Positions 12,688-24,618 of a stretch of DNA of 64,000 nucleotides are shown one piece after another. Location: the NCBI RefSeq assembly GCF_006345805.1, contig NC_043007.1, positions 31,682,001 through 31,746,000 on the forward strand, written 5' to 3'. Positions within the stretch are counted from its first letter, which is position 1; each line of letters starts with the position of its first letter. The translations under genes were made by a program, and so were the position numbers. The DNA is from Octopus sinensis (lineage: Eukaryota). The notes beneath the pieces were generated by a model. That model worked only from the letters and a program-made list of their open reading frames with translations, did no database searches and was not told where the DNA came from.

Positions 12688-15600
12688 TTAAGTTGACTTC
12701 ATTTTAATTGGACTAAGTTCATGGGAATATATTTCTTTTTTTTTTGCTTTTAAATATTGATATAAACACGTATTTCAAGAATTGTTGCCAAAAATTCATT
12801 TCTTTCTCCGTCAACTTCTCTGAACTATTTTAGATGAGAGTTATAAATTCTCCAATTTTAAATTCTGATCTGAAATTTAATAAATCTGATTTCTGTCTTT
12901 TGCCAGAACAACAATCTTTGATGCAGCATAGTTTTTCAGCAGCAGCAACAATTTTGTCCCAAAACCAAACAAAAAACAGCAAAAAAAAAAAAAAAAAAAT
13001 CTATATATATATAAATATATAAACTGTGGCATTCCATCTATGCAAAACTGGACTCAAACCAACAACCAACTACAGTGGATTGAACAACAACAAAACTATG
13101 AACTTCTGAAATATTAAAGTAACCATATTAAAAAACATTACAGATATTTTGCCTTTCAAATTAAAGCCTCTTCTATAAATTGAATGACTGTACAGAGAAA
13201 TTGTGTGTGTGTGAGTGAGCGTGCGCCTGTATGAGGAAATAAAGAAAAATTCCAATAAATTAGCCTGAGATGTATAATGCGCCTAAAAGAATTTCACCCA
13301 TTTACTTAGACTAATTAATTCTGCCTAATAACTTGGAGGTATAACTGACTTATCTGTTAAACTATGAAGAATGAGTCTAATGTAAGAAAGTTGTATCCAA
13401 GACAAGCTGAATGTATATTTGCATCACAGTGTGTCATCTCTCTCCCCCCCCCCAAAAGAACACACTGACGTCTGTATGTTTATATGTGGCATGTGTGTAT
13501 GTCAAGAAGATATTGTCCTGATGCTTTTTGCCTAAATTGCTGGCTTACTCCTTTTGCTGGTTGATTCATGTGCAGCTGCCAAGTGCTTGCAACCTGTAAC
13601 AGACAAGAGAAAATAAAAACAACCAAATAACATTTGGTTTAATCTTACATATAGTATCAATTTACCTGTTTGTGTTTGCTTTTGACGACGACAATTGTTA
13701 TAGGGATTTCCAATATATTTATAGTACAATGGACTTAGCTGGAAAAAAAACAAATTGGACACATATTTCACATTAGGCAGCTTCTTAATATATTTTCTTC
13801 ACTTTTTAGAAAGAGGTTAGAAAGAAAATTTCCCTTCCCTTTTCCCGAAATTGCAAATATTTTATTTTTATTATACGTTAAATTTTAAAAAAACGGAAAC
13901 AAATTCCTGTTTTGCTTTTAAAAAGAAATTTTTTTGATATCAATAACCGTTTCATTACTTGTCGACATATTTAAAAAAACTTTCCACAACACTTTAAGAA
14001 TTTAACAACTGTTCAATTTAAATTAAGGGAAATGAAAAAATATAAAAATTATGTGGTGTTGTCAAAATTCTTTGGAGTGCATTTCTATTCTTTGCTCTCA
14101 TAACAAAACAGCTGTTTAATAATCTGGACGGGAATTTTCTTGTACCTCTTTCCATTTCTCCATTAACTCTAAGCAATGAAGAAAATATATGTTGATCTGC
14201 AGCTTAAATGTGGTCACTTTAGCTAAAAAACTGACACAGATATTTGTATAAGTTATTATTATTATTGTCCATAATTGTGATGTAAATTATTCTTAAACCC
14301 AAACTTCTTCCTCCAGACGTAGCCAGTTTAACAAATAAATCTCTCTCTTTAGTGGTTCTAGCTGTATCCTTCGGATGCAGCGCTCAAATATGGTTGTCTG
14401 TGCAGCTGTGGCTATTGGCGTTCTTTCTTCTCAGTGCTGCTACTGCTTTCACTGATCTCTACCCCCCACATCCCCCCAGTCTCTACCCCCACCCCACCCC
14501 CTCACACTTCACTTATTACTATATTTTAGAAATTCAGTTTAAAAGAAAAGAAAAAAAAATTACATTTTAAAACATTAATTTTTTATTTATTTTTTTTTAC
14601 TTTCAAATAAAATTTTACTCAATTAAAAGAAAAAAATAAATTTTTTTTGTATTTGCTTAAAAGATAAATAAAAGGACTTATAAATGTTACATTTTGTGTT
14701 AGTGTTCCTATCTATATTAGCTGACTACCTACTAAGTACTGGTCACTTCAATAAGTCACGTCAAAGGATGACTTCTGTCCCCTGTACACACATTATCATT
14801 GAGTTTTTCTTTTTCAATCCATTTAATAATAATAATTCTAAGTTCCATTCTCCCTTCACACTAGTCAGTGGGTTCAAACCCATCCAGCAGTCAACCTTTA
14901 CATCATGGGGTGGAGCTAGAATGCCAGTAAGACAAATGCTGCTAATCGGTTAAAGATTATCCCTGAAATCTGACAGGAATTCAGTCTTCTTAGTTTCCCT
15001 AGAAACAGAAATAGTTTTAAGGTTAATGACGACTAAGCCAAATTAACAGACTTCAAGGAATTCTTCCACAGAAACTAATATACATCACCCTACTAGATAT
15101 TGATCCTATTACCTCCCTCGTTTATTTCTTGATTAAGTTTCAGTTGAATACAGTTCGTTTCAGTTGTTTGTCAAGAATATTAATTTTTATTTTTGTTTGA
15201 TATTTCTCACTTGTTTTGCTTTTTGTTTTGTTTTCTTTGAAACCGTTTCCAATGTTTACTTTCTGCCTGAACTTAACTTTTTCTTGGCTGTTTCTAATGA
15301 AATACACTACTACTATGTTTCTATAGAGTTTGAAAAGTAACCCAAGAATTTATAGGGATTTAATAAAATAACCTTATTAATCTGAAGGTGGCGAGCTGGC
15401 AGAATCGTTAGCACACCGGGCGAAATGCTTAGCAGAATTTGAACTCAGAATGTAAAGACAGACAAAATACTTCTCAGGTCAACTTTGCCTTTCATCATTT
15501 CAGGGGTCGATAAATTAAGAACCAGTGAAACACTGGATTTGATGTAATTAACTAGTCCCCTCCCCACAGATTTGAGGTCTTGTGTCTCCAGCAGAAAGGA

Positions 15601-15694
15601 TTATTATTATTAATCTGCTGTTTGGAACAAAATTTTAGCAAAGATGTCCTTCCATAAAATTATGGTAAACGGTTTTAATTCAAATATGTACACC

Positions 15695-15790
15695 TTCAAA
15701 AACGGCCAGTTTCGTATTGTAGAACCAAGGGACAGTTTCTGGTTCAAAAACAGCCAGTTTCGTATTGTAGAACCAAGGAACAGTCTCTGG
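15695..15790. repeat. 48-bp tandem duplication (2 copies)
   Basis: TTCAAAAACGGCCAGTTTCGTATTGTAGAACCAAGGGACAGTTTCTGG is repeated with few mismatches. Confidence 0.9.
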
Positions 15791-16546
15791 TGGTTGGTAT
15801 CAAAAGAACCCGTTTCTGTCGGTCACCTTTTCTAGCAGCATCATTTAACATTTTTATCTAAATCTTCTCTAAGTTTTTTTCTTTTATCAATTCCGTAGTG
15901 TTGTCCATTTTTCAAAGAGTTTTGTCTCATTTCATTCTTAGATGTTTGTATTTGCTGTCCCTATCACTTCATATCTGGTGTTGGTTTGTTTATGTTAGCA
16001 GTTTGGCAAAAGAGATAGATAGAATAAGTACCATCATCATCGTTTAACGTCTGCTTTCCATGCTGGCATGGGTTGGATGGTTTGACTGAGGACTGGCAAG
16101 CCAGGAGGCCGCACCAGGCTCCAATCTGATCTGGCAGAGTTTCTACAGCTGGATGCCATTCCAAACGCCAACCACTCCAAGAGTGTAGTGGTTGCTTTTA
16201 TGTGCCAGCGGCACGAGGGCCAGTCTGGCGGTACTGGCAACGGCCACGCTGAAATGGTGTTTTTTATGTGCCACCTGCACAGGAGCCAGTCAGTGGCACT
16301 GGCAACGACCTTGCAAACTTAAAAATAAGTTCTGGGGTCAAGTAAAAGCTGTATAACTTCTGGTTAGGCAAATGCTGCAGAAATTAGTGTACATGCAGAC
16401 TGTAGAATACCTCAGTATTTTCTTGAGGGACCAGAGACTGCATCATTATGATGTACTTATCCGAAACTGAGAATTGTTCCCTCCTGTATCAGTTAATGCA
16501 GGAATCTTCTCATTCAAATCTCAATAGTAATGAAGAGTGGGTTTCA

Positions 16547-16752
16547 ACCGTTAGCATTTAAACCAACCAGGTCTGTCCCAAATACTCTTGCGATTTGTGT
16601 TCAAACTGACCAGATCCACTTTCCCTACAATGTCATTCTAAAACTAAACATGTCATTGAAATCTCAAAGCTATGAGTTAATGCAGGATTAATTCGAAACA
16701 ATGGAAATAAATAAGCATCACATTTAACAGAGTAACTTGAAAGCTTAAAGGG
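16547..16752. mobile_element. TTAA MITE family B, degenerate
   Basis: CCGTTAGCATTTAAACC ... GAAAGCTTAAAGGG|TTAA, with internal similarity to 26830-27051. Confidence 0.55.
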
Positions 16753-17834
16753 TTAAAACAGTCGACATCTTTTGCAATGAGGCCTTCATATTTTAGCTGA
16801 AAAACCTGTTGATATTTACACTTACACTCAGTTGTCTGTCTCTTTGTTTCCTTAACAAAAACCTTGTTACGTTTACCAATTCCCATTTCCTTGTTTAACC
16901 CTGTTTTGATTTCCTGTTTAACTTTTTGCCTATCTTCAAAAGTTACTAACCAAATACATTTGAAATATCATCAAAACCTTTCCTACATTGGAAGACTTTA
17001 AAACCCTAAGAAACCAAGAGAGATTGATATACTTTTTGTTATTTTGCTCCCTTAATATTTCTTTGTTTATAAGTTTTTAGTAAATAGAAAAATGTTTCTA
17101 TTTATCAGATTATTGACAGTGTGTCACTTTGGGACTTTAGCAGCGCCATCTCAGTTGGGCAGTTATTCTGTGCCGAGGAAGGGAAATAACCCAAAACCGC
17201 AGTCCACAGATATTGCTTTGTACCAAGTGGCTGTGCTGGACTCCCCTGTATAAAAATATAAGGACACAGATTGCATGTTGTATAGCCAACTGAAGACAAT
17301 GTTTCCTGGGGCTAAACAACAGTAACATTCGTCCCAATCGGGACTGCCACATTATGTTGGCAAATAATCTTTACAATTTTTAAGTAGTTTTTTTTGTATA
17401 TGTAATATATAATGTGAAGTTGTGTGGCTTTAGTGTTCCATTCTACTTGGCTGAAGACGAGAACCAGCCGAGTGTTGGAAACATCCTCTCCCACCTCCTG
17501 CTGTCACATCTTGGGTGTTGTGCCAGGTCAAAGGTGAGAGGGTACCTGCTTGGAAATTCGTAGCCACCTAAAACAACCAGCAAAACTTTTGTTACAACAA
17601 TATATGTATATCATCATCATCATCATCGTTTAACATCCATTGTCCATGCTGGCATGGGTTGGATGGTTTGACCAGGCTGGAAGGCTGCACCAGACTCCAG
17701 TCTTATTTGGCATGGTTTTCTACGGTTAGATGCCCTTCCTAACACCAACCACTCTGAGAGTGTAATGGGTGCTTTTGCGTGAGACTGGTATCTGCCACAA
17801 CTGATTTTGCTCGGCTTCATGGGTCTTTATTTTT

Positions 17835-18200
17835 CATCATCATCATCGTTTAACGTCTGCTTTCCATGCTAGCATGGGTTGGACGGTTCAACTGGGGTCT
17901 GGCAAGCTCGAAGGCTGCACCAGGCCAGTCAGATCTGGCAGCCCTTCCTAATAACAACCACTCCGAGAGTGTAGTGGGTGATTTTATGTGCCACCGACAC
18001 AGGTGCCAGACGAGGCTGGCAGACGGCCACGCTCGGATGGTGTTTTCTTATGTGCCACCGACACAGGTGCCAGACGAGGCTGGCGAACGGCCACGCTCAG
18101 ATGTTGTTTGTTACGTGCCCACAGCACGGAGGCCAGTCGATGCGGTACTGGCTACGGTCACGTTCGGATGGTTTTCTTATCTGCCACCCACAAGGATACA
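17835..18200 (-). mobile_element. Family 3 retroposon with 3-4 tandem internal units
   Basis: CATCATCATCGTTTAACG start on the plus strand; repeated ATGTGCCACCGACACAGGTGCCAGACGAGGCTGGC units. Confidence 0.8.
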
Positions 18201-18918
18201 AATTCCATTGATGTTCATCTATTTTTATTTGATTTGATTTGATTTTGATATATATATATATAAAATCATCATCGTTTAACGTCCGTTTTCCATGCTAGCA
18301 TGGGTTGGACGGTTTGACTGGGGTCTGGCAACCCAGGAGGCTGCACCAGGCTCAAGTCTGATCTGGCAGTGTTTCTACAGCTGGATGCCCTTCCTAACAC
18401 CAACCGCTCTGAGAGTGTAGTGGGTGCTTTTTGCGTGCCACCGGCACATGTCAGGGGAGGATGGCAAACGGCCACGATCGGATGGTGCTTTTTACGTGCC
18501 ACTAGCACAGGTGCCAAGGGAGGCTGGCAAAAGCCACGATCAGTTGGCGCTTTTTACGTGCCTCTTGTTGACTTGGAACCTAGTACAATGGATTCCGTTT
18601 GTTCAGGTCCATTTCTTCAAAGCAGTGCCCCAGCATGGCCACAGTCTGACTGAAACCAGTAATAGATATATATCTAACAGAGCTTTAAAATATATCTTGG
18701 AATTTTATAATATTGCTCACTATAAGATATTTCTCATTAGAGAAGGTAGTTATTTTTCAAAGAAATTCTTTGTATTATTGGCACTGGAAGCAGGTGGAGG
18801 TGGGGCGCAATCAATTACATTGCACCTGTGGCTTAACTGGTACTTGCTTTATTGTCCCCAAAAAGGATGAAAGGCAAAGTCAACCTCAATGAAATTTGAA
18901 CTCAAAACAAAAAGCTGA

Positions 18919-19281
18919 GGTGTAGGAGTGGCTGTGTGGTAAGTAGCTTGCTTACAAACCACATGGTTCCGGGTTCAGTCCCACTGCGTGGCACCTTGGG
19001 CAAGGGTCTTCTACTATAGCCTCGAGCCGGCCAAAGCCTTGTGAATGAATTTGGTAGACGGAAACTGAAAGAAGCCCGTCATGTATATGTATATGTTTGT
19101 GTGTCTGTTTGTCTCTCCAACATCACTTGACAACCAGTGCTGGTGTGTTTACGTCCCCATAACTTAGCGGTTCGGCAAAAGAGACCGATAGAATAAGTCC
19201 TGGGGTCGATTTGTTCAAGTAAAGTTGGTGCTCCAGCATGGCCACAGTCAAATGACTGAAACAAGTAATAAAAAAAGAGTA
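18919..19281 (+). mobile_element. SINE family 1 copy
   Basis: Collinear with 20688-21078. Confidence 0.85.
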
Positions 19282-20556
19282 CACCACTGAAAATTATTTG
19301 TAGAAAATTTTATGAAAAAAAAATGTCATCATTTAACGTCCATTTTCCATGCTGGCATGGGTTGGACGGTTTGACTGAAGGCTGGACCAGACTCCAATCC
19401 GGTCTGGCAAGATTTCTACAGCTGGAGGCCCTTCCCAATGCCAACCACTCCGAGAGTGTAGTGAGTGCTTTGTACGTGCCACCGGCATAAGTGGCAGTAC
19501 TGGCATTGACCACACTAAAATGGTGCATTTTTATGTCCCACCGGCACAGGAACCAGTCAGACAGTACAATGTTTGGTTTTTGTCATTAAATATGAGAAAC
19601 TGAAGCGAACTAATGAGGTGTTGGAATTAAATATTGAAATAGATTGACAGTAAAACCTCAATTTGATGGACATATTAGCAACCAAGTTGATGTAAAGATC
19701 AAAATTAAAAACTAATTAGCTATAAAGAACTACCTGAGACAGTATTTCTTTCTTCGATTGCATTCAATCTGTCTTGCAAAAAGTAATTACGACTTTGTTG
19801 ATAGCATTTAAAGAAAAAAATTCTGTAATATTGTAGCTGTGTGGTAAGTAGCTTGCTTACCAACCCCATGGATCCAGGTTCAGTCCCACTGTGTGTCACC
19901 TTGGGCAAGTGTCTTCTACTATAGCCTTGGGCCGACCAAAGCCTTGTGAGTGGATTTGGTAGACGGAAACTGAAAGAAGCACGCCACACACACACACACG
20001 ACGAGCTTCTTTCAGTTTACATGCATATACCTATGGTCCATGCCGTGCTAGCACAGAAAACGGACGTTAAACGACGATGATGATGTGTGTGTGTGTGTGC
20101 TTGTCCCCCCACCACCACAATCGCTTGACAACCGATGGTGGCGTGTCTACGTCCCTGTAATTTAGCGGTTCGGCAAAAGGGACCTATAGAGTAAGTACTA
20201 GGCATACAAATAATAAGTCCTGGGGTCGATTTGTTCAAGTAAAAGGCGGTACTCCAGCATGGCCGCAGTTAAATTACAAATAAAAGAATAGTGGATCCAA
20301 AAGCTATCTAGAGTTACTGTCCCTGCCTACTTATTAAACGTGTATATTATGTTTAGCCCTAGGCCAAATGGATTGTTCCTACAAGGCCCTCTTTTAGATT
20401 ACCCTGATAAGAGCCTTGTTATCAAAGCCTTTGTAAAAGCAACATGGGACAACATAAGTTCTGTGACGCAGGAGGCGACAGCAATGGTACAGAGAATCAA
20501 AATTTGTAACAAAAGTTGCAAATAAACTTCATACTTACCAGAAATCGGATAAATTT

Positions 20557-20608
20557 GGTTAAGATTCCTGGCTTTCACCCAGGCAACCCGGGTTCGATTC
20601 CTGGCATG
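20557..20608 (+). pseudogene. 5'-truncated tRNA-Glu(TTC)-like fragment
   Basis: GGTTAAGATT-CCTGG-CTTTCAC-CCAGG-CAA-CCCGGGTTCGATTCCTGG-CATG: anticodon stem-loop with TTC and a T-arm as in eukaryotic tRNA-Glu; the 5' acceptor strand and start of the D-arm are missing. Confidence 0.65.
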
Positions 20609-20672
20609 ACTTGACTTGAGACAGCATTCAGCTGGGGTGGGCTGAGCTGGCTTCATTCATCCTCTATGCTGG
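20607..20672 (-). mobile_element. About 65-bp 3' tail of the same RTE family as 30382-30770
   Basis: GACTTGACTTGAGACAGCATTCAGCTGGGGTGGGCTGAGCTGGCTTCATTCATCCTC closely matches about 30387-30455. Confidence 0.75.
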
Positions 20673-20687
20673 AAACGTTAAATTTTA

Positions 20688-21078
20688 GGCGCAGGAGTGG
20701 CTGTGTGGTAAGTAGCTTGCTTACCAACCACATGGATCCAGGTTCAGTCCCATTGCGTGGCACCTTGGGCAAGTGTCTTCTATTATAGCCTCGTGCTGAC
20801 CAAAGCCTTTTGAGTGGATTTCGTAGAGGGAAACTGAAAGAAGCCTGTCGTATATATGTATGTGTGTGTATATGTTTGTGTGTCTGTGTTTGTCCCCCTA
20901 GCATTGCTTGACAACCGATGCTGGTGTGTTTACGTCCCCGTAACTTAGTGGTTCGGCAAAAGACACCGATAGGATAAGTACTAGGCTTACAAAGAACAAG
21001 TCCTGGGGTCGATTTGCTTGACTAAAGGCGGTGCTCCAGCATGGCCGCAGTCAAATGACTGAAACAAGTAAAAGAGTA
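20688..21078 (+). mobile_element. tRNA-derived SINE family 1 (about 390 bp, internal TA/TG microsatellite), full-length copy
   Basis: GGCGCAGGAGTGGCTGTGTGGTAAG...GGTTCAGTCCC (A/B-box-like head), CCTTGGGCAAGTGTCTT (CORE-like), tail ACTGAAACAAGTAAAAGAGTAA; many copies in the window. Confidence 0.85.
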
Positions 21079-21384
21079 ACTATCTGATTGTGAAGGCTGC
21101 ATCACTTGACATGGATTAAAGACCCCAGGATAAGGGCCAAAGAGGCTCAGAGACAGAAGACGAACAGGAGAAGGAAAATATAGGAGCTGAAAGATTTCTA
21201 TCATAGAAGCGGTAAGTGGGGAGGAGGCAGAGGCTTCAGGGCTTCCTACAAGATAACCAGTTAAGAACCACAGACCAGCACCTGCAGGGTTGCCATGCAG
21301 CTTGTAAAAAGCAAAAGAACAACTCGGTTAAAGTTATGGATGAAGGTTCATCAGAAATAGATGTTAAGATATTTTTTTTTTCTG

Positions 21385-21822
21385 CTCTAGGCACAAGGCC
21401 CGAAATTATGGGGGAGGGGGCCAGTTGATTAGATTGACCCCAGTACACAACTGGTACTTAATTTATCAACCCCGAAAGGACGAAAGGCAAAGTCAACCTC
21501 AGTAGAATTTGAACTCAGAACATAGTGGCAGACGAAATACAGCTAAGCATTTCGCCTGGCATGCTAACGAGTCTGCCAGCTCACCCCCTTGTTGCATGTA
21601 TAAATATTCTTTTCTATTTTAGGCACAAGGCCCGAAATTTGGGGAGATGGGGCCAGTCGATTAGAGCAACTCCAGTATACACCTGGTATCTAATTTATCA
21701 ACCTCGAAAGGATGAAAGGTAAAGTCGACCTCATCGGAATTTGAACTCAGAACATAAAGACAGACGAAATACTGCTAAGCATTTCGCCTGGTGTGCTAAC
21801 GTTTCTGCCAACTCACCGCCTT
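21385..21822 (-). mobile_element. SINE family 2 variant, tandem pair
   Basis: Two reverse-complement copies with an AGGCACAAGGCC tail variant. Confidence 0.75.
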
Positions 21823-22216
21823 CCAAGTGTTAAGATATTGAAACCATTTGGCAAATAAGAACACACAATAATCACTCAAGTAGCAGATGGAGGTAATGTG
21901 CTCAATTGCTGTAGGCAGAGTATTAAATGTTACAGAAAGGAGAAACTACCAAGGCATCAAATTTATAGATCAAGTTATGAAAGAGGCAGAAATTTATAGT
22001 TCAGCAAATTAACTGACAGATATATATATATATAGGGGGAGAGTTCACGAAAAAAACAAAAGATGAAGACAGGTGGTGTAGAAAACAAACAGATGTATTA
22101 GTATAACGCTTGGGAATTAAAAAAAGCCTAACATTTCGAGCCTACGCTCTTCTTCAGAAAGGAACAAGGAGAGAAAATAAATTTGTGTTGTGGCTACACA
22201 CCCACGCATATGTGTA

Positions 22217-22257
<41 letters not shown>

Positions 22258-22269
22258 CGTAATCTGTCA

Positions 22270-22552
22270 ACATCAATGGAATTTGTAGCTGTGATACCAA
22301 TGCCGGTGGCACGTAAGAGAAACATCCGAACATGGCCGTAGCCAGCGCTGCCCGACTGGCACCTGTGCTGGTGGCACATAAAAAGCACCCACTACACTCA
22401 CAGAGTGGTTGGCGTTAGGAAGGGCATCCAGGTGTAGAAACACTGCCAGATCAGACTGGAGCCTGGTGCAGCCTTCTGGCTTCCCAGACCCCGGTCGAAC
22501 CGTCCAACCCATGCCAGCATGGAAAGCGGACGTTAAACGATGATGATGATGA
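22270..22552 (+). mobile_element. Family 3 retroposon
   Basis: Collinear with 27700-28037. Confidence 0.8.
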
Positions 22553-23639
22553 TATATATATAGATGCACACCCGTATATATGTGGGGGATTTCTGTGTGG
22601 AGGCACATGGCTTAGTGGTTAGAATGTTGGACTCATGATTGTAAGATTGTGATTTCAATTCCTGGGCTAGGCAACACATTGTGACCTTGAGCAAAACAAT
22701 TCATTTGACACTGCTTGAGTCCACTCAGCTGGCAACAAAAAGACTGGCAGCCCATCCAGGTGGTGAGTCTACACATCACAGAAAGTGGTCCTATGAGTTG
22801 GGAAGGCTCTTTATCTTATGCATGGTTTATATATTCAGCCCAGCAGCTTTTCTCAATATCAGTGAATGTATCATTCCCTGTTTCCTATAATTGAAATTAT
22901 AAGCACACAGCTGCAAGGACATGTGATTGACAAAGGCCCGAGAAGGCTGTCATGCATCTGCCATCCTCAGTAGCCACTGCTGAAGCAATTTTTCACCTCT
23001 CGCCAATATGTTGTGCGGTTTTTAACACGTTGAAAGACTTCATCTAAGACAAAAGCTACAGCATCTCGCTTGTTGAGTGTTAACCAATTTGATGGCATGT
23101 AAGATGCACTTTTTCCCCTCTGAAAAACTGAGTCAAAATAAAATCACCTCAGGTCCTCAAAGTTGGGATTCCCATAAACTTGTATGCACTACAAACCCCT
23201 TTTTTATGAATAAGTGCTGCATCTAATACGCCTGCACATCTTTTATACCATTAAGTACAGTAAATGTGATACATAGATGACTGTCTTTATCTTTTATGTT
23301 TTGTTTTCATTCATGAGACCGCGGTCATGCTGGGGCACCACTTTGAAGAAGTCTTAACCAAATGAATCGACCCCAGGACTTTTTTCTTTATCAAAACCTG
23401 GGACTTATTCTATCAGTCTCAAAACACACCAACACTGGTTGTCAAATGATGGTGGAGGGGCCAAACACACACACATGACGGGCTTTTTTCAGTTTACCAA
23501 ATCCACTCACAAGGCTTTGGTTGGTCCGAGGCTATAGTAGAAGACACTTGTCCAAGGTGCCACGCAGTGGGAATGAACCCGGAACCATGTGGTTGGTAAG
23601 CAAGCTTCTTAACGCACACGTTTTTAATTTGAAGAAGCA

Positions 23640-23815
23640 GAGATTTTGGAAAACATTCTCATGGAAGGAAGAGCAGAGGGCAGTAAACCAAGAGAGAGGG
23701 AAAGAATATGACGGATGGACCATATCAAGAGCTGCTTGGACGAGAGTGGGCAAGGCAGTTGGAGGAGTTGCGCTGAAGCGGGAATGAGCTACGGGTGTAC
23801 AATACATGATAATGA
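23640..23815 (+). mobile_element. Degraded RTE/BovB-like LINE 3' fragment
   Basis: Translates ILENILMEGRAEGSKPRER..*RMDHIK, resembling the RTE ORF2 C-terminal motif; ends in ATGATAATGATG. Confidence 0.5.
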
Positions 23816-24618
23816 TGTTTTTATTAACAACCAATGTTCAGAAACAAACTGAGTCAGAAAATCAAGATTTTGAAATGTTTATGAAAGACAACAACCTTGA
23901 GATTAAGATTCAAGATTTCTCAAATATACACTGTTTTAAGTTCAGCCTGTGAAAGTACATGATTGAGTACCGAACCTGACCAAGTTCAGTTCCTGTCTGT
24001 TGTTTTGACTTAGCAGTAATCAAGATAATCCTTTTGCAGAAATAACCATTCCAACAATATCCAGCAGATCAGATTTACAAAAACCATTCCATACATGCAG
24101 TGAAATAGTTTCAAATTTTGGCACAAGGCCAGCAATTTTAGAGGAGGCGGGGCGTAAGTAGATAATATCAACCCCCTGTGCTCAACAGGAACTTGTTTTA
24201 TCAATCCTGAAAAGGATGAAAGATAAAGCTGAACTTGGTAGGATTTGAACCCAGAAGATAAAAACCGGAAGAAATGCAGTAAAGCATTTTCACCAACATG
24301 CTAATGATGCTGCCAACTTACAGCTTCATGCAGGGAAATGATGAAACTTGAACAAAAAAAAGTTTTAAAAGTGTCCTCATTTCCTGCACTTTCTAAGAAA
24401 AACATGGCATTCAAAAGATGGCAATCTCTTTCTCTAATTAAGAAATTATTTCATTAATACAATATATGTTTGTCCTGGGAATTAAAGGTTTGTGATGCAT
24501 TGTGACGTATTTGGAACTAATATATCACATTTAAAGTCTATCTTCAGTTTTTAGATCTCAGGTTTTCACAGAAGGTTTGAAAAGAAGTAGAATGACGTAC
24601 AGGGTTGAAGAAGGGCTT

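Noticed and set aside
17985-18200. Regularly spaced repeats resembling a CRISPR array
   Set aside because: Units are contiguous and similar along their whole length with no unique spacers; they are internal to a eukaryotic retroposon.
20340-20525. Possible Tc1/mariner transposase C-terminus (AFVKATWDNIS...)
   Set aside because: Too degraded to support without a profile search.
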